Below are positions 41,286 through 57,761 of a stretch of DNA of 64,000 nucleotides, piece after piece. The position numbers were made by a program, and so were the translations under genes. The notes under the pieces are model-generated. The model searched no databases. It saw nothing but the letters and a program-made list of their open reading frames with translations, and was not told where the DNA came from. Source of the DNA: Escherichia coli (GTDB lineage Bacteria > Pseudomonadota > Gammaproteobacteria > Enterobacterales > Enterobacteriaceae); assembly GCF_048403405.1 (NCBI RefSeq), contig NZ_CP183129.1. One strand, 5' to 3'. Positions within the stretch are counted from its first letter, which is position 1. Every line of letters begins with the position of its first letter.

Positions 41286-44072
41286 TTAGTGCGCCTGATC
41301 CCAGTTTTCGCCACTCCCCACTTCCACCAGCAACGGCACATCCAGACGGGTACAGTTTTCCATCAGTTGATGAATCTGCTTCGCGACGGCATCGACATCA
41401 TCTTTATGAACTTCAAATACCAGTTCATCGTGTACCTGCATGATCATACGTACACGCGGTTGCTCAGCCTGTAGCCACGCATCAACGGCAATCATCGCCC
41501 GTTTGATAATGTCGGCGGCGGTTCCCTGCATTGGCGCGTTAATGGCTGCACGTTCAGCCGCTGCACGACGAGCACCATTGCTGGATTTGATATCCGGCAG
41601 ATACAGACGGCGTCCGTCCAGCGTTTCAACGTAGCCCTGCTCTTTCGCCTGAGCACGGGTGCGTTCCATATACTCCAGCACGCCAGGGTAGCGTTCGAAG
41701 TAAAGGTCCATGTACTTCTGCGCTTCTTTACGTGGAATGTTCAATTGCCGCGCCAGACCGAAAGCACTCATGCCATAAATCAGACCAAAGTTGATCGCTT
41801 TCGCGCTACGGCGTTGCTCGCTGGTGACGGTTTCCAGTGGCAAACCAAACACTTCTGCCGCCGTTGCCCGGTGGATATCTTTTCCTTCCGCGAATGCGGT
41901 CAGCAAGCCTTTGTCACGCGAGAGATGCGCCATAATGCGCAGTTCAATCTGCGAGTAGTCCGCTGAGACAATCACATAATCCTCTGGCGCAATAAACGCC
42001 TGGCGGATACGACGACCTTCTTCGTTACGCACCGGAATGTTTTGCAGGTTAGGATCGGTTGACGATAAACGTCCCGTTGCAGTTACTGCCTGGTGATAAG
42101 AGGTATGCACACGCCCGGTTTTCGGGTTGATCATCAGCGGCAGCTTGTCGGTGTAAGTCGACTTCAGCTTCGCCAGACCACGATACTCCAGAATCACTTT
42201 TGGCAACGGATAGTCCAGCGCCAGTTCTTCCAGTACCTCTTCCGACGTTGACGGCGCGCCACCCGGCGTTTTCTTCAGCGGTTTAATGCCCTGTTTTTCA
42301 AACAGAATGGTTTGTAACTGCTTGGTGGAAGAAAGGTTAAATTCCTCACCTGCAATTTCATGCGCTTTCTTTTCCAGCTCAGCCAGACGAAGGGTGAGCT
42401 CTTCAGAATGATTGTGCAGCACTTTCGGATCGATCTTCACACCGTTACGTTCAATGCGTGAAAGCACCGGCACCAGCGGCATTTCGATATTCTCGAAGAC
42501 GTTCAACGGCCCTTTGTGTTTTTGCAGATCCGGCCACATTTTCAGATGCAACTGCAAGGTGACATCTGCATCTTCGGCGGCGTAACGTCCGGCCTCTTCG
42601 AGGGCAATCTGGTTAAAGGTCAGTTGATTTTTGCCTTTACCAGCAATCTCTTCAAAAGTGATGGTTTTGTGCTTCAACCAACGTTCCGCGAGGCTGTCCA
42701 TATCGTGACGCCCGGCAACGCTATTGAGAATGTAGGACTCCAGCATGGTATCAAACGCAATCCCACGCAGCTCAATGCCGTAGTTCGCCAGAATACCGCG
42801 ATCGTATTTCAGGTTTTGCCCGACCTTCAGCGCCTTTTCATCTTCCAGCAGCGGTTTTAGCAACTCGAGTGCTCGCTCGCGAGAGATTTGATCGGGCGCA
42901 TCAAGATAATCATGAGCAACCGGAATATATGCCGCTACGCCTGGCTCGATAGCAAAAGAAAGCCCGACCAGGTTGGCAGAGATGTTATCGAGGCTGTCGG
43001 TTTCGGTATCAAATGCAAATACCGGCGCTTTTTCCAGCTTCGCAATCCACGCTTTCAGTGTTTCTTCATCAAGGATGGTGACGTAGTTGTCATAAGAAAT
43101 CACCGTTGCCGTCACTTCTGGTGCTTCGTCTGTAACACTGGTTTCCTGCGGCCTGGCTGCGGGTTTCGCCCCTTTAGCCTGTAACCATTTGCCCGCTTCG
43201 ACATCAGCAGTCCAGCGTTTGAACTCATACTTTTTGAACAGCCCCAACAACTCTTCCGCCGCCGGTTGCTGCACTTCCAGTTGTTCACAGGTCAGCTCCA
43301 GTTCAACGTCGGTTTTAATCGTCGCCAGCTGGTATGAGAGATAAGCAACCTCTTTGTTTTGCTCGAGCTTCGCTGCCATTGTTTTCGCGCCACGGAAGCT
43401 CAACCCAGCAATTTTTTCTGGTTCGGCATACAGCGTATCCAGTCCGCCAAGACCTTGCAGCAATGCCTGCGCGGTTTTTTCACCGACGCCCGGTACGCCA
43501 GGGATGTTATCAGAGGAGTCACCCATCAGCGCCAGGAAGTCGATGATCAGTTCTGGCGGCACGCCGTACTTATTCACCACCTCTTCCGGGCCGAGGATGG
43601 TATTCGTCATGGTATTGATAAGCGTAATATTTGGCGTCACCAGCTGCGCCATATCTTTATCGCCAGTGCTGATCAGCACCGGACGCCCGGCTTTTTCGGC
43701 TTCCCGCGCCAGAGTACCGATAACGTCGTCCGCTTCTACGCCAGAAACCGCCAGCAGCGGCAGTCCCATCGCTTTAACCATCGCGTGCAAGGGTTCGATT
43801 TGTGCACGCAGATCGTCCGGCATTGGCGGGCGATGTGATTTGTAATGTTCAAACAGTTCATCACGAAAGGTTTTTCCCTTGGCGTCAAAGACCACCGCTG
43901 CATGCGTCGGTTTATATTGCATGATCAGACTGCGCAGCATGTTGAGGACACCATACATCGCACCGGTCGGCTCGCCTGCGCTGTTAGTCAGCGGGGGAAA
44001 CGCGTGATATGCGCGATAAAGATAAGATGAACCATCTACAAGGATAAGTGGATTTTGGGGGATCTGAACCAT
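41286..44072 (-). CDS. polA: DNA polymerase I
   Basis: 928-aa ORF with 5'-nuclease, 3'-5' exonuclease and family-A polymerase motifs ([14 protein letters not shown]). Confidence 0.98.
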   Translation of the reverse strand: MVQIPQNPLILVDGSSYLYRAYHAFPPLTNSAGEPTGAMYGVLNMLRSLIMQYKPTHAAVVFDAKGKTFRDELFEHYKSHRPPMPDDLRAQIEPLHAMVKAMGLPLLAVSGVEADDVIGTLAREAEKAGRPVLISTGDKDMAQLVTPNITLINTMTNTILGPEEVVNKYGVPPELIIDFLALMGDSSDNIPGVPGVGEKTAQALLQGLGGLDTLYAEPEKIAGLSFRGAKTMAAKLEQNKEVAYLSYQLATIKTDVELELTCEQLEVQQPAAEELLGLFKKYEFKRWTADVEAGKWLQAKGAKPAARPQETSVTDEAPEVTATVISYDNYVTILDEETLKAWIAKLEKAPVFAFDTETDSLDNISANLVGLSFAIEPGVAAYIPVAHDYLDAPDQISRERALELLKPLLEDEKALKVGQNLKYDRGILANYGIELRGIAFDTMLESYILNSVAGRHDMDSLAERWLKHKTITFEEIAGKGKNQLTFNQIALEEAGRYAAEDADVTLQLHLKMWPDLQKHKGPLNVFENIEMPLVPVLSRIERNGVKIDPKVLHNHSEELTLRLAELEKKAHEIAGEEFNLSSTKQLQTILFEKQGIKPLKKTPGGAPSTSEEVLEELALDYPLPKVILEYRGLAKLKSTYTDKLPLMINPKTGRVHTSYHQAVTATGRLSSTDPNLQNIPVRNEEGRRIRQAFIAPEDYVIVSADYSQIELRIMAHLSRDKGLLTAFAEGKDIHRATAAEVFGLPLETVTSEQRRSAKAINFGLIYGMSAFGLARQLNIPRKEAQKYMDLYFERYPGVLEYMERTRAQAKEQGYVETLDGRRLYLPDIKSSNGARRAAAERAAINAPMQGTAADIIKRAMIAVDAWLQAEQPRVRMIMQVHDELVFEVHKDDVDAVAKQIHQLMENCTRLDVPLLVEVGSGENWDQAH

Positions 44073-44195
44073 AATGTCCGTGCCTGTTTATCAGATTATG
44101 GGTAAAGGATGCCACAGACAGGATGAAAACATGAGTTTTTCACCGCTTTTCGTGAAAATCTTTTGTAGATCTTCTGGATCGCTCGCAAATCGTCA

Positions 44196-44204
44196 TGTGG
44201 ATAA
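44196..44204. promoter_or_regulatory. DnaA box in the polA/yihG divergent region
   Basis: TGTGGATAA is the reverse complement of the consensus TTATCCACA. A near-copy, TGTGGATAG, sits at about 44338. Confidence 0.6.
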
Positions 44205-44435
44205 CTTTGTGCATAAATTATTTACATCGCTTTTAATTTATTATCATGCTTTTTACAGCATGATGTTTGTCTTTGTTTTTCATGAAGTTAAAAATAAGAC
44301 CATCCCTAATAATTGAGATAATGGGATTTTTTCTAATGTGGATAGATATGAATTATTTTTCTCCTTAAGGATCATCCGTTATTTGGGTCGTTTTCTGCTA
44401 AAATCTGCGCCTTGCGCTTCTTTAGCGCACTGTCT

Positions 44436-45368
44436 ATGGCTAACTTTTTGAATAAATTCATTATGACGAGAATACTCGCTGCGATAACCCTTTTGCTGAG
44501 TATCGTATTGACCATTTTGGTCACTATTTTTTGCTCCGTCCCGATCATCATTGCCGGGATTGTAAAACTATTGCTTCCTGTGTCAGTCATTTGGCGAAAG
44601 GTTTCGCGTTTTTGTGATTTTATGATGTATTGCTGGTGTGAAGGTCTGGCGGTATTACTGCATTTGAACCCACACCTGCAATGGGAAGTTCACGGGCTGG
44701 AAGGGTTAAGTAAGAAAAACTGGTATCTGCTTATTTGTAACCACCGTAGTTGGGCAGATATTGTCGTACTGTGCGTGCTGTTTCGTAAGCACATTCCGAT
44801 GAATAAATATTTCCTCAAGCAGCAGCTGGCCTGGGTGCCTTTTCTTGGCCTGGCATGCTGGGCGCTGGATATGCCGTTTATGAAGCGTTATTCCCGCGCT
44901 TATTTATTACGTCATCCGGAGAGACGTGGTAAAGATGTTGAAACTACTCGGCGTTCTTGTGAAAAGTTTCGCCTGCATCCCACCACCATTGTTAATTTCG
45001 TTGAAGGCTCCCGTTTCACGCAAGAAAAACATCAGCAAACGCACTCCACTTTTCAAAACTTGTTGCCACCAAAGGCGGCAGGCATTGCGATGGCGCTAAA
45101 TGTACTGGGTAAACAATTCGATAAACTGCTTAATGTTACGCTGTGTTATCCGGACAATAACCGTCAGCCGTTCTTCGATATGTTAAGCGGTAAACTGACG
45201 CGAATTGTCGTACATGTGGATTTACAGCCTATTGCCGATGAGTTACATGGCGACTACATCAATGACAAAAGCTTTAAGCGCCATTTTCAGCAATGGCTGA
45301 ACTCACTGTGGCAGGAAAAAGACCGACTTCTGACGTCGTTGATGTCATCACAGCGTCAGAATAAGTAA
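44436..45368 (+). CDS. yihG: PlsC-family acyltransferase YihG
   Basis: 310 codons from [14 protein letters not shown]. The acyltransferase HX4D motif (NHRSWAD) is present. Confidence 0.9.
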   Translation: MANFLNKFIMTRILAAITLLLSIVLTILVTIFCSVPIIIAGIVKLLLPVSVIWRKVSRFCDFMMYCWCEGLAVLLHLNPHLQWEVHGLEGLSKKNWYLLICNHRSWADIVVLCVLFRKHIPMNKYFLKQQLAWVPFLGLACWALDMPFMKRYSRAYLLRHPERRGKDVETTRRSCEKFRLHPTTIVNFVEGSRFTQEKHQQTHSTFQNLLPPKAAGIAMALNVLGKQFDKLLNVTLCYPDNNRQPFFDMLSGKLTRIVVHVDLQPIADELHGDYINDKSFKRHFQQWLNSLWQEKDRLLTSLMSSQRQNK

Positions 45369-45408
45369 GTTTTACTCGCCTCTGAATGAGCAGAGGCGAG
45401 TGAGTATT

Positions 45409-46839
45409 TTAATGAACAAAACGTCCGGCACGAGACATAAATTCTTCTTCGCTCATTTCCTGTCCGTTAAAAACAACTTTACCCGGTGTATAACGCAGTT
45501 GCAGCGAGGCGGTATTGTTGTCAATCGTGATTAACTGAAACATCTGACCTAATGTCATCATCCCGCTGATTTGTTTATCAGCCCGCTTTTGCGCTTTTTC
45601 AGCATCCATTCCTTCAGATAAATTAAGCTGTTTTGCGGTTTCTGTGACGACATTAAGCGGTAACTTCACATCAAAATTGAGCGATTTAATATCTTTGTTT
45701 GTGGATGATGAGGATTTGGCTGGGTCGGCAATACTGATATCCAGATTGGCATTTAGTTCGCCGAGTGCATTCTTCCATCTTACCGGTTGTTTAATGGTCG
45801 GCTCACTTTTTTGTAATAACGGTAAATACTCTTTGAACAATGCAGCATTCACTTCTTGCAGAGCAACTTCATCGTTTGCTAACTCAGGGTGTGCAGCAAG
45901 CTGCTTCTGCATCGCAATGTTATACTGGATGACAAATTGGCGCACCGCTGAGGGATCAATAGATTCAGCAATCAATGACCACTCACCACTACCGAGTTGC
46001 TGATTCCTTTTTGTTAACTTATCAAGTTCGTAGGTCAGATTGACATTGATATAATCTTTGTCTTTAACGCGATCCAACCTGGTTTTTGCAACGAAAGCAT
46101 CGATTTGGGCAACGTCTTCCCCGTGATTGATAATGTTAATCTGATTAAATTTCGACTCGCTTTCACCAACCGGAAATTTCTTTTCTTCTAATCGCGCCAG
46201 AGAATCAATGGTAAAACTTTTCGCCGTTACTTTGTTCATCGGTGATAATTGCAGAACAATATCTTCGACTTTGCCTTCAATATCCAGGTTAGACAATGAA
46301 CTACCATCACCATTAAAAGTAAACTGGCCCTCACCAAAAGAAAACTTTCCATACTCTGCAGGGGCAACATCTAATGTCGTAGAGAATGAGCCACCAAACG
46401 CGAATCGCAATGTCGCTTCCACGGGCGATTTATTTTTCGCGGCGATAAATAGCGGTTGTGTCAGTTCATTATTCACTAAGTTCACTTTTGCCGCTGCCAG
46501 TGCTGGGATGACATTACCATGCATTAACATTGTGATGGGCAACGGACCGTGCTCAACATCCACATCAAATACAACTTTCTGGCCTGGCTTGATATTGAGA
46601 TCGGGTGCACCGTTATCGAATGTCATTTGCATTTGAAAACGGGAATTAAAAAAGCCTTTGTCAAAATTTTGATAACTTAACGTCATATCGTAGGCATGTT
46701 CACCTTTCTTTTTAGCATCGTTAAAATCTTTAATAAATTTTTCGACACCAGGCTGAATTTGCGTACCTGTGTACCATGTGCCACCACCCCAGATTACGGC
46801 TAACGCAACAATAACACCTGTAGCTGACTTACGTATCAT
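45409..46839 (-). CDS. yihF: DUF945-family protein YihF
   Basis: 476 codons from MIRKSATGVIVALAVIWGGG (N-terminal anchor). Confidence 0.88.
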   Translation of the reverse strand: MIRKSATGVIVALAVIWGGGTWYTGTQIQPGVEKFIKDFNDAKKKGEHAYDMTLSYQNFDKGFFNSRFQMQMTFDNGAPDLNIKPGQKVVFDVDVEHGPLPITMLMHGNVIPALAAAKVNLVNNELTQPLFIAAKNKSPVEATLRFAFGGSFSTTLDVAPAEYGKFSFGEGQFTFNGDGSSLSNLDIEGKVEDIVLQLSPMNKVTAKSFTIDSLARLEEKKFPVGESESKFNQINIINHGEDVAQIDAFVAKTRLDRVKDKDYINVNLTYELDKLTKRNQQLGSGEWSLIAESIDPSAVRQFVIQYNIAMQKQLAAHPELANDEVALQEVNAALFKEYLPLLQKSEPTIKQPVRWKNALGELNANLDISIADPAKSSSSTNKDIKSLNFDVKLPLNVVTETAKQLNLSEGMDAEKAQKRADKQISGMMTLGQMFQLITIDNNTASLQLRYTPGKVVFNGQEMSEEEFMSRAGRFVH

Positions 46840-46952
46840 ATAAATATTCCCTGATAAAACAGCAAAACTTTGAATATCCACTTATGCTGAAATAATGTCC
46901 AGCGGCAGGACGCATTATCAGAATGTATTTATATTTATTAAATAATAAAAAA

Positions 46953-46972
46953 GCCCGTGAATATTCACGGGC
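46953..46972 (-). terminator. dsbA terminator
   Basis: GCCCGTGAATATTCACGGGC is followed on the minus strand by TTTTTTATT. Confidence 0.85.
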
Positions 46973-46992
46973 CTTATGTAATTCACAATGAA

Positions 46993-47619
46993 TTATTTTT
47001 TCTCGGACAGATATTTCACAGTATCAGCATACTGCTGAACAAAAACATCCATATTGCTGGTATCCATACCCTGCGGATTCAGCTGATATTTACCGTTAAC
47101 AAACATCGCCGGAACACCACGCAATTGCACGTCAGCTGCGGCTTTTTCCTGCTGAGCGACCAGAGATTTCACCACGAAGCTGTTCCACGCCGCGTCGTAC
47201 TCTTCACCTTTAATACCTGCGTTGATAAATACATCGCGGATATCAGATGCTGAACGAATGGTCTGGGTTTTCTGTACGCCTTCAAACAGCGGAACAGTGA
47301 CTTTGTCTTCCACGCCCAGTGCCATCGCCACTGCCCATGCCTGAGTCAAATCTTTGCCCAGGTCACCACCCATGAAGTTGACGTGATATTTAGTCATCTT
47401 CACGCCTTCTGGCAGTTTTTTCTTCACGTTATCAGAAATATGCAGAACTTCTTCAAACTGATAGCAGTGCGGGCAGAAGAAAGAGAAAAACTCCAGCACT
47501 TGCGGCGCGCCAGCTACCGGTTTTTCCAGGGTAGTATACTGTTTACCATCTTCATACTGCGCCGCCGATGCGCTAAACGCTAAAACTAAACCAGCCAGCG
47601 CCAGCCAAATCTTTTTCAT
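46993..47619 (-). CDS. dsbA: Periplasmic thiol:disulfide oxidoreductase DsbA
   Basis: 208-aa ORF with a signal peptide and the CPHC active site. Confidence 0.98.
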
Positions 47620-47635
47620 GATCTACTCTCTCCGA

Positions 47636-48622
47636 TTAATACATAGGTGTTAATTGCAAAGGGGGTTCTTGTAGAACTTTTGCCTGTTCTATAAAAGTCG
47701 CCGTCTGTCGCAGCCAGTAATCTTCCCCGGTTAACCACGGGAAATTTTTCGGGAACGCGGGATCAGCCCAACGCCGCATTAGCCAGGCAAGATAATAAAC
47801 CAAACGCATGGCGCGTAAAGGTTCAATCAGTCCGATTTCAGCGGTGTCGAACTCGCTAAATTCTTCATAAGCTTCAATAATAGTTTCCAGTTGCATCCGC
47901 TGCTCGGCTTTATCGCCATTGAGCAACATCCACAAATCCTGAACGGCTGGACCATTACGTGCATCATCCAGATCAACAAACATTGGACCATCGCGCCAGA
48001 GAATATTCCCAGCGTGGCAGTCTCCATGTAGCCGCAGAACGGTGAAATCTTCCCGCCAGTGTGCTGTAACGGCGGCGATCAGCTCATCTGTCGCTTTCAG
48101 AAATGCCGCTTTCAACCCGGAAGGTATCAGTGTAGCGTCCTCAAACAGCTTGCGAGGCTCAATGAGATATTCATTCAGACCGATGGTCGGGCGATGGATA
48201 AAAAGCTGTTTGCGCCCCGTCTGGTGCATACGCCCTAAATAACGCCCAACCGCTTCCATCTGATCGATATTATCAGCTTCGAACTGGCGACCACCGACGC
48301 TTGGAAAAACAGCGAAATAAAATCCCTGATGATTCAATAAAGTCTGACCGTTAAAGGCCACAGGTGCTGCGACCGGAACTTCATCATTTACCAACTGCAA
48401 CGCAAATTGATGTTCTTCGAGGATTTGATCGGGTGTCCAACGTTCAGGACGATAAAATTTGACGACAAAACGTCGACGATCTTCGTCCTGAAATTGATAG
48501 ACACGGTTTTCATAGCTGTTAAGCGGGGTAAGACCGGAATCCACCCGGATCCCTTGCTCAAATAGAGCATCCATGATGGTATCCGGATGTAGTGTCTGGA
48601 AAGTAAAAGCGCTGTTGTTCAT
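47636..48622 (-). CDS. srkA: Stress-response Ser/Thr kinase SrkA (YihE)
   Basis: 328-aa ORF with an aminoglycoside-phosphotransferase/kinase-like LHGDCHAGN catalytic loop. Confidence 0.93.
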   Translation of the reverse strand: MNNSAFTFQTLHPDTIMDALFEQGIRVDSGLTPLNSYENRVYQFQDEDRRRFVVKFYRPERWTPDQILEEHQFALQLVNDEVPVAAPVAFNGQTLLNHQGFYFAVFPSVGGRQFEADNIDQMEAVGRYLGRMHQTGRKQLFIHRPTIGLNEYLIEPRKLFEDATLIPSGLKAAFLKATDELIAAVTAHWREDFTVLRLHGDCHAGNILWRDGPMFVDLDDARNGPAVQDLWMLLNGDKAEQRMQLETIIEAYEEFSEFDTAEIGLIEPLRAMRLVYYLAWLMRRWADPAFPKNFPWLTGEDYWLRQTATFIEQAKVLQEPPLQLTPMY

Positions 48623-48698
48623 CCCATCATCCGGAAAACATTACGAATGATGAAGGATATCATTTCACGATGATTTTGGTGGCGCCGCTTACAAGCTT

Positions 48699-48968
48699 TT
48701 ACTCTTTAATTACGCCGCGAGCGCGTAACAGCGCCGTTTTGAAGTCTTCTTCATAATCTTTCTGCAAACCCGGGATCACCGCATCTTTCGCGGAATCACG
48801 CATTTTCAGGTGATAGATCAGAATGTCATCCGTCAAATCCGCCAGTTCGCCGTCAAAACCTGACTCTTTCGCCAGTTTCTGCAAAAATTGCAGCAGGTTA
48901 AGGTCTGGCTCTTTTTGCCAGGCTGGCTGGAGGAGTTCAATAACTTCATTCAGACGTTTACATTTCAT
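48699..48968 (-). CDS. yihD: Small protein YihD (DUF1040)
   Basis: 89 codons from [14 protein letters not shown]. The track's extra 10 N-terminal codons are probably not translated. Confidence 0.88.
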
Positions 48969-49037
48969 AGTAATGCTCCTTACTCTTGAGACAGACACGT
49001 TAGCAGGGTCAATCCCACAATAAAAGAGGCGATATCG

Positions 49038-49622
49038 GTGAATCTGATGACGACGATAACAGGCGTTGTGCTGGCGGGCGGTAAAGCCAGACGAATGGGC
49101 GGCGTAGATAAAGGATTGCTGGAATTAAATGGCAAACCGCTGTGGCAACATGTCGCTGACGCGCTTATGACGCAGCTCTCTCACGTCGTGGTTAATGCTA
49201 ATCGTCATCAGGAAATCTATCAGGCAAGCGGTCTGAAAGTGATTGAAGATTCACTGGCGGATTACCCAGGCCCTCTGGCAGGAATGCTTTCAGTAATGCA
49301 GCAGGAAGCTGGTGAGTGGTTTTTGTTTTGTCCGTGCGATACGCCTTACATTCCCCCAGATTTAGCCGCCCGGCTTAATCATCAGCGCAAAGATGCGCCT
49401 GTCGTGTGGGTCCATGACGGTGAACGCGATCACCCGACTATTGCTCTGGTAAACCGCGCTATTGAGCCTTTATTACTGGAATATCTGCAAGCAGGAGAAC
49501 GCCGGGTAATGGCATTTATGCGTCTGGCTGGCGGTCATGCGGTTGATTTCAGCGATCATAAAGATGCATTTGTTAACGTGAATACGCCAGAGGAGCTTGC
49601 CCGATGGCAGGAAAAACGATGA
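49038..49622 (+). CDS. mobA: Molybdenum cofactor guanylyltransferase
   Basis: 194-aa ORF with a GTG start and the [11 protein letters not shown] nucleotide-binding motif. Confidence 0.95.
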
Positions 49623-50131
49623 TACCGTTACTCGCCTTTGCCGCGTGGAGTGGTACCGGAAAAACTACGCTTTTGAAAAAACTGATCCCGGCATTATGCG
49701 CCAGAGGGATCCGTCCAGGGCTGATTAAGCATACGCACCATGATATGGATGTTGATAAGCCAGGCAAAGATAGCTATGAGCTGCGCAAGGCTGGCGCGGC
49801 ACAAACCATCGTTGCCAGCCAGCAACGATGGGCCTTGATGACGGAAACACCAGACGAAGAAGAGCTGGATCTACAGTTTCTCGCAAGTCGAATGGATACC
49901 TCAAAGCTGGATTTGATTCTGGTCGAAGGGTTTAAGCATGAAGAGATCGCAAAGATTGTGCTGTTTCGCGATAGAGCCGGACATCGACCTGAAGAATTAG
50001 TGATAGACAGGCATGTTATTGCTGTAGCCAGTGATGTGCCGCTTAATCTTGATGTCGCATTACTGGATATTAATGATGTTGAGGGGCTGGCTGATTTTGT
50101 GGTGGAGTGGATGCAAAAGCAGAACGGATAA
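49604..50131 (+). CDS. mobB: Molybdopterin-guanine dinucleotide biosynthesis adaptor MobB
   Basis: 175-aa ORF with a Walker A motif (SGTGKTT). It overlaps the mobA 3' end by 19 nt. Confidence 0.93.
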   Translation: MAGKTMIPLLAFAAWSGTGKTTLLKKLIPALCARGIRPGLIKHTHHDMDVDKPGKDSYELRKAGAAQTIVASQQRWALMTETPDEEELDLQFLASRMDTSKLDLILVEGFKHEEIAKIVLFRDRAGHRPEELVIDRHVIAVASDVPLNLDVALLDINDVEGLADFVVEWMQKQNG

Positions 50132-50137
50132 GCAAGA

Positions 50138-50175
50138 GTAGGCTGGATAAGACGCGCCAGCGTCGCATCCGGCAT
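50138..50175. repeat. REP element followed by a T-run (mobB 3' end)
   Basis: GTAGGCTGGATAAGACGCGCCAGCGTCGCATCCGGCA followed by TTTTTTTT. Confidence 0.85.
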
Positions 50176-50197
50176 TTTTTTTGCACCAACGCAAAAA

Positions 50198-50217
50198 GGC
50201 CATCCTGACGGATGGCC
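50198..50217 (-). terminator. rRNA operon terminator
   Basis: GGCCATCCGTCAGGATGGCC on the minus strand, followed by TTTTT, directly after the 5S gene. Confidence 0.85.
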
Positions 50218-50231
50218 TTTCGCTTAATTTG

Positions 50232-50351
50232 ATGCCTGGCAGTTCCCTACTCTCGCATGGGGAGACCCCACACTACCATCGGCGCTACGGCGTTTCACTT
50301 CTGAGTTCGGCATGGGGTCAGGTGGGACCACCGCGCTAAGGCCGCCAGGCA
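50232..50351 (-). rRNA. rrfA: 5S ribosomal RNA
   Basis: The minus strand reads TGCCTGGCGGCC...GGGAACTGCCAGGCAT, exactly 120 nt. The locus name comes from the mobB/hemG flanks. Confidence 0.98.
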
Positions 50352-50445
50352 AATTCTGTTTTATTAACCCGCTTGTCGCCGGTTAATTTAATCTGTATCA
50401 GGCTGAAAATCTTCTCTCAATCCGCCAAAACAGCTTCGGCGTTGT

Positions 50446-53349
<2,904 letters not shown>

Positions 53350-53532
53350 TCACAACCCGAAGATGTTTCTTTCGATTCATCATCGTGTTGCGAAAATTTG
53401 AGAGACTCACGAACAACTTTCATTGTTCAGTGTTTCAATTTTCAGCTTGATCCAGATTTTTAAAGAGCAAAACTTCGCAGTGAACCTTTGCAGGTACACT
53501 CTGAAGTATTTTTTATTTAATCACTACAGAGA

Positions 53533-53608
53533 TGGTGGAGCTATGCGGGATCGAACCGCAGACCTCCTGCGTGCAAAGCAGGCGCTCTCCCAGCTGAGCT
53601 ATAGCCCC
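53533..53608 (-). tRNA. alaT: tRNA-Ala (anticodon UGC)
   Basis: The minus strand reads GGGGCTATAGCTCAGCTGGGAGAGCGCCTGCTTTGCACGCAGGAGGTCTGCGGTTCGATCCCGCATAGCTCCACCA. Confidence 0.98.
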
Positions 53609-53650
53609 ATAACATGTAGTTAAAACCTCTTCAAATTTGCGGTGCAAATT

Positions 53651-53727
<77 letters not shown>

Positions 53728-53795
53728 GTAGAGGTTTTACTGCTCATTTTCATCAGACAATCTGTGTGAGCACTGCAAAGCACAGTTCTTTAAGG

Positions 53796-55337
<1,542 letters not shown>

Positions 55338-55518
55338 AAAAGTTTGATGCTCAAAGAATTAAACTTCGTAATGAATTACGTGTTCACTCTTGAGACTTGG
55401 TATTCATTTATCGTCTTGCGACGTTAAGAATCCGTATCTTCGAGTGCCCACACAGATTATCTGATAAATTGTTAAAGAGCAGTGCCGCTTCGCTTTTTCT
55501 CAGCGGCGCGGGGTGTGC

Positions 55519-55546
55519 ATAATACGCTTTCCCGCTACAGAGTCAA
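55519..55546 (-). promoter_or_regulatory. rrn P2 promoter
   Basis: Minus strand: TTGACT (55546-55541), 16-nt spacer, TATTAT (55524-55519). Confidence 0.8.
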
Positions 55547-55637
55547 GCATTTTTTTTGCTTTTCCCTGTTGAGATTCTCAGGAGAACCCCGCTGACCCGG
55601 CGGCGTGTTTGCCGTTGTTCCGTGTCAGTGGTGGCGC

Positions 55638-55665
55638 ATTATAGGGAGTTATTCCGGCCTGACAA
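55638..55665 (-). promoter_or_regulatory. rrn P1 promoter (AT-rich UP/Fis region extends to about 55714)
   Basis: Minus strand: TTGTCA (55665-55660), 16-nt spacer, TATAAT (55643-55638), then a GC-rich discriminator GCGCCACC. Confidence 0.8.
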
Positions 55666-55714
55666 GAGGAAATTTAAAATAATTTTCTGACCGCGCATTT
55701 TTTATTCTTTATGC

Positions 55715-56260
55715 TTATTTCAGCGTCGGTTTGTCGGTTAAATGGGCGATTTCTCGGGCGAAATTCGCCACCTGCTCCCAATCGGTATAGACAACTTCTT
55801 TGCGCGTATCCGTTTCACCGCCTGACATCTTCATAATTAACTTGATCATAAAACGGTCATACCAGCGATAACGTGGGTAACGCAGCGCCCCGGCAATGAC
55901 CGCGCAGCGATCGGGACGCCATTGTGAACTCATCAGAAACTTCCGCGCGTAGCTGTTGGTCTGTGGAGTACGCTTCTCAGGTTTACGCGCCACCAGGTTT
56001 ACGGAGTAAAAGGCGCTCGGCATCGAATTCAGCCGCGTCGCATGCTTTTTGACAAATTCCTGGAACGCAGAGTGGTAGTGACCATAGCGAATAGAAGCAC
56101 CAATGACCACACGGTCGTAGTTTTCCCACTGTGGTTCTTCAATGCGGTGCACATTGGCGACATCCGCCTGGATCCCCAGTTCTTTCAGTTCCGAAGCCAG
56201 GTAGGAGGCAATCTCGCGCGTTTGTCCGTCCCTTGTTGAGAAAAGAATTAATGTTTTCAC
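55715..56260 (-). CDS. hemG: Protoporphyrinogen IX dehydrogenase (menaquinone-dependent, flavodoxin-like)
   Basis: 181-aa ORF starting [14 protein letters not shown] (flavodoxin-like N-terminus). Confidence 0.95.
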   Translation of the reverse strand: MKTLILFSTRDGQTREIASYLASELKELGIQADVANVHRIEEPQWENYDRVVIGASIRYGHYHSAFQEFVKKHATRLNSMPSAFYSVNLVARKPEKRTPQTNSYARKFLMSSQWRPDRCAVIAGALRYPRYRWYDRFMIKLIMKMSGGETDTRKEVVYTDWEQVANFAREIAHLTDKPTLK

Positions 56261-56271
56261 GTATTACTCCA

Positions 56272-57723
56272 TCATTCACGCCAGAAAGTCGGGGTAAAGA
56301 GCACCAGCAATGTAAAGACCTCAAGACGACCAAACAGCATGTTGGCAATCAGGATCCATTTAGCCACCGGGTTCATACTGGTAAAGTTATCAGCAACCAC
56401 GCCAAGCCCTGGCCCCAGGTTATTCAATGTCGCAACAACTGAGGCAAAGGCAGAAAAGTCATCCACGCCCGTGGCGATAATCGCCAGCATACTGACAATA
56501 AACACCAATGCATAGGCGGAGAAAAATCCCCAAACGGCTTCGAGGATACGTTCCGGCAGTGCGCGATTCCCCAGCTTAATGCTATAGACGGCGTTCGGAT
56601 GCACCAGTCGTTTCAGCTCACGGTTCCCCTGCTTAAACAGCAGCAGGATGCGGATCACTTTCAGGCCACCGCCCGTTGACCCGGCACAACCGCCGATAAA
56701 AGCTGAACATAAGAGCAGTACCGGCAAAAAGAGCGGCCAGCGGGCAATGCTGTCAGTCGTAAACCCGGCGGTTGTCGCCATCGACACCACCTGGAAAAAC
56801 GCCTGGTTAATTGTCATCAGCGCCGAACTATAGACATTATGAAACCACAGCACGAGGGTACAAATAATCACCAGCGTAAACTGTACGCCGATAAACATGC
56901 GAAATTCCGGATCGCGCCAATAAACCTTCAGACTACGCCCACTTAACAGCGAAAAGTGCAGACCGTAGTTACATCCGGAGATCAACAGGAAGATAGCAAT
57001 GATAGTGTTAATTGTCGGGCTGTCGAAATAACCGATACTGGCATCATGTGTCGAGAAGCCGCCAATAGCGATAGTCGCAAAGCTATGGCCGATGGCATCA
57101 AAGGCATCCATTCCGGCAAACCACAACGCCAGCGCACAGGCGACGGTCAGCAAGACATAAATCAACCACAGGGTTTTCGCCGTTTCCGCAATTCGCGGGC
57201 GCATTTTGTTATCTTTCAGCGGGCCGGGCATTTCTGCGCGATAGAGCTGCATCCCACCCACGCCGAGGATAGGCAGTATCGCAACCGCCAACACGATGAT
57301 CCCCATCCCGCCAAACCATTGCAGCATCTGGCGATAAAAGAGGATGGCGTGAGGGAGCGAATCCAGCCCCACCAGCGTAGTGGCCCCCGTGGTGGTCAGG
57401 CCAGAGAAAGATTCAAAAAACGCATCGGTAATCGTGAGGTTCGGGCTTTCCGAGAAGATAAAAGGGAGCGCACCGACGCTACCCAGCACGGTCCAGAACA
57501 GCACCACTATCAGAAACCCCTCACGGGATTTCAGTTCGCCCTTCTCTTTGCGGTTCGGCCACCACAGCATAGAGCCAATGGCGAGGGCGACAAAAAAGGT
57601 CTGGGTAAAAGCGCGGCCCGCTCCATCCCGGTAGATGAGTGCTACCAGCCCAGGGATAATCATGGTCCCTGAAAATAAGATGACCAGTAGTCCAACGATT
57701 CGGGTAATGGCGCGAAAATGCAT
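56272..57723 (-). CDS. trkH: Potassium uptake protein TrkH
   Basis: 483-aa polytopic ORF. Position matches K-12. Confidence 0.96.
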   Translation of the reverse strand: MHFRAITRIVGLLVILFSGTMIIPGLVALIYRDGAGRAFTQTFFVALAIGSMLWWPNRKEKGELKSREGFLIVVLFWTVLGSVGALPFIFSESPNLTITDAFFESFSGLTTTGATTLVGLDSLPHAILFYRQMLQWFGGMGIIVLAVAILPILGVGGMQLYRAEMPGPLKDNKMRPRIAETAKTLWLIYVLLTVACALALWFAGMDAFDAIGHSFATIAIGGFSTHDASIGYFDSPTINTIIAIFLLISGCNYGLHFSLLSGRSLKVYWRDPEFRMFIGVQFTLVIICTLVLWFHNVYSSALMTINQAFFQVVSMATTAGFTTDSIARWPLFLPVLLLCSAFIGGCAGSTGGGLKVIRILLLFKQGNRELKRLVHPNAVYSIKLGNRALPERILEAVWGFFSAYALVFIVSMLAIIATGVDDFSAFASVVATLNNLGPGLGVVADNFTSMNPVAKWILIANMLFGRLEVFTLLVLFTPTFWRE

Positions 57724-57761
57724 CTCTGCCGCTTCCTTAGTTCTGCAAAACGAAGTGGGGA

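Noticed and set aside
44074-44316. 80-aa ORF in the polA/yihG divergent intergenic region
   Set aside because: It begins at the polA start codon region and runs through AT-rich promoter DNA containing DnaA boxes and GATC sites. The predicted sequence is implausible.
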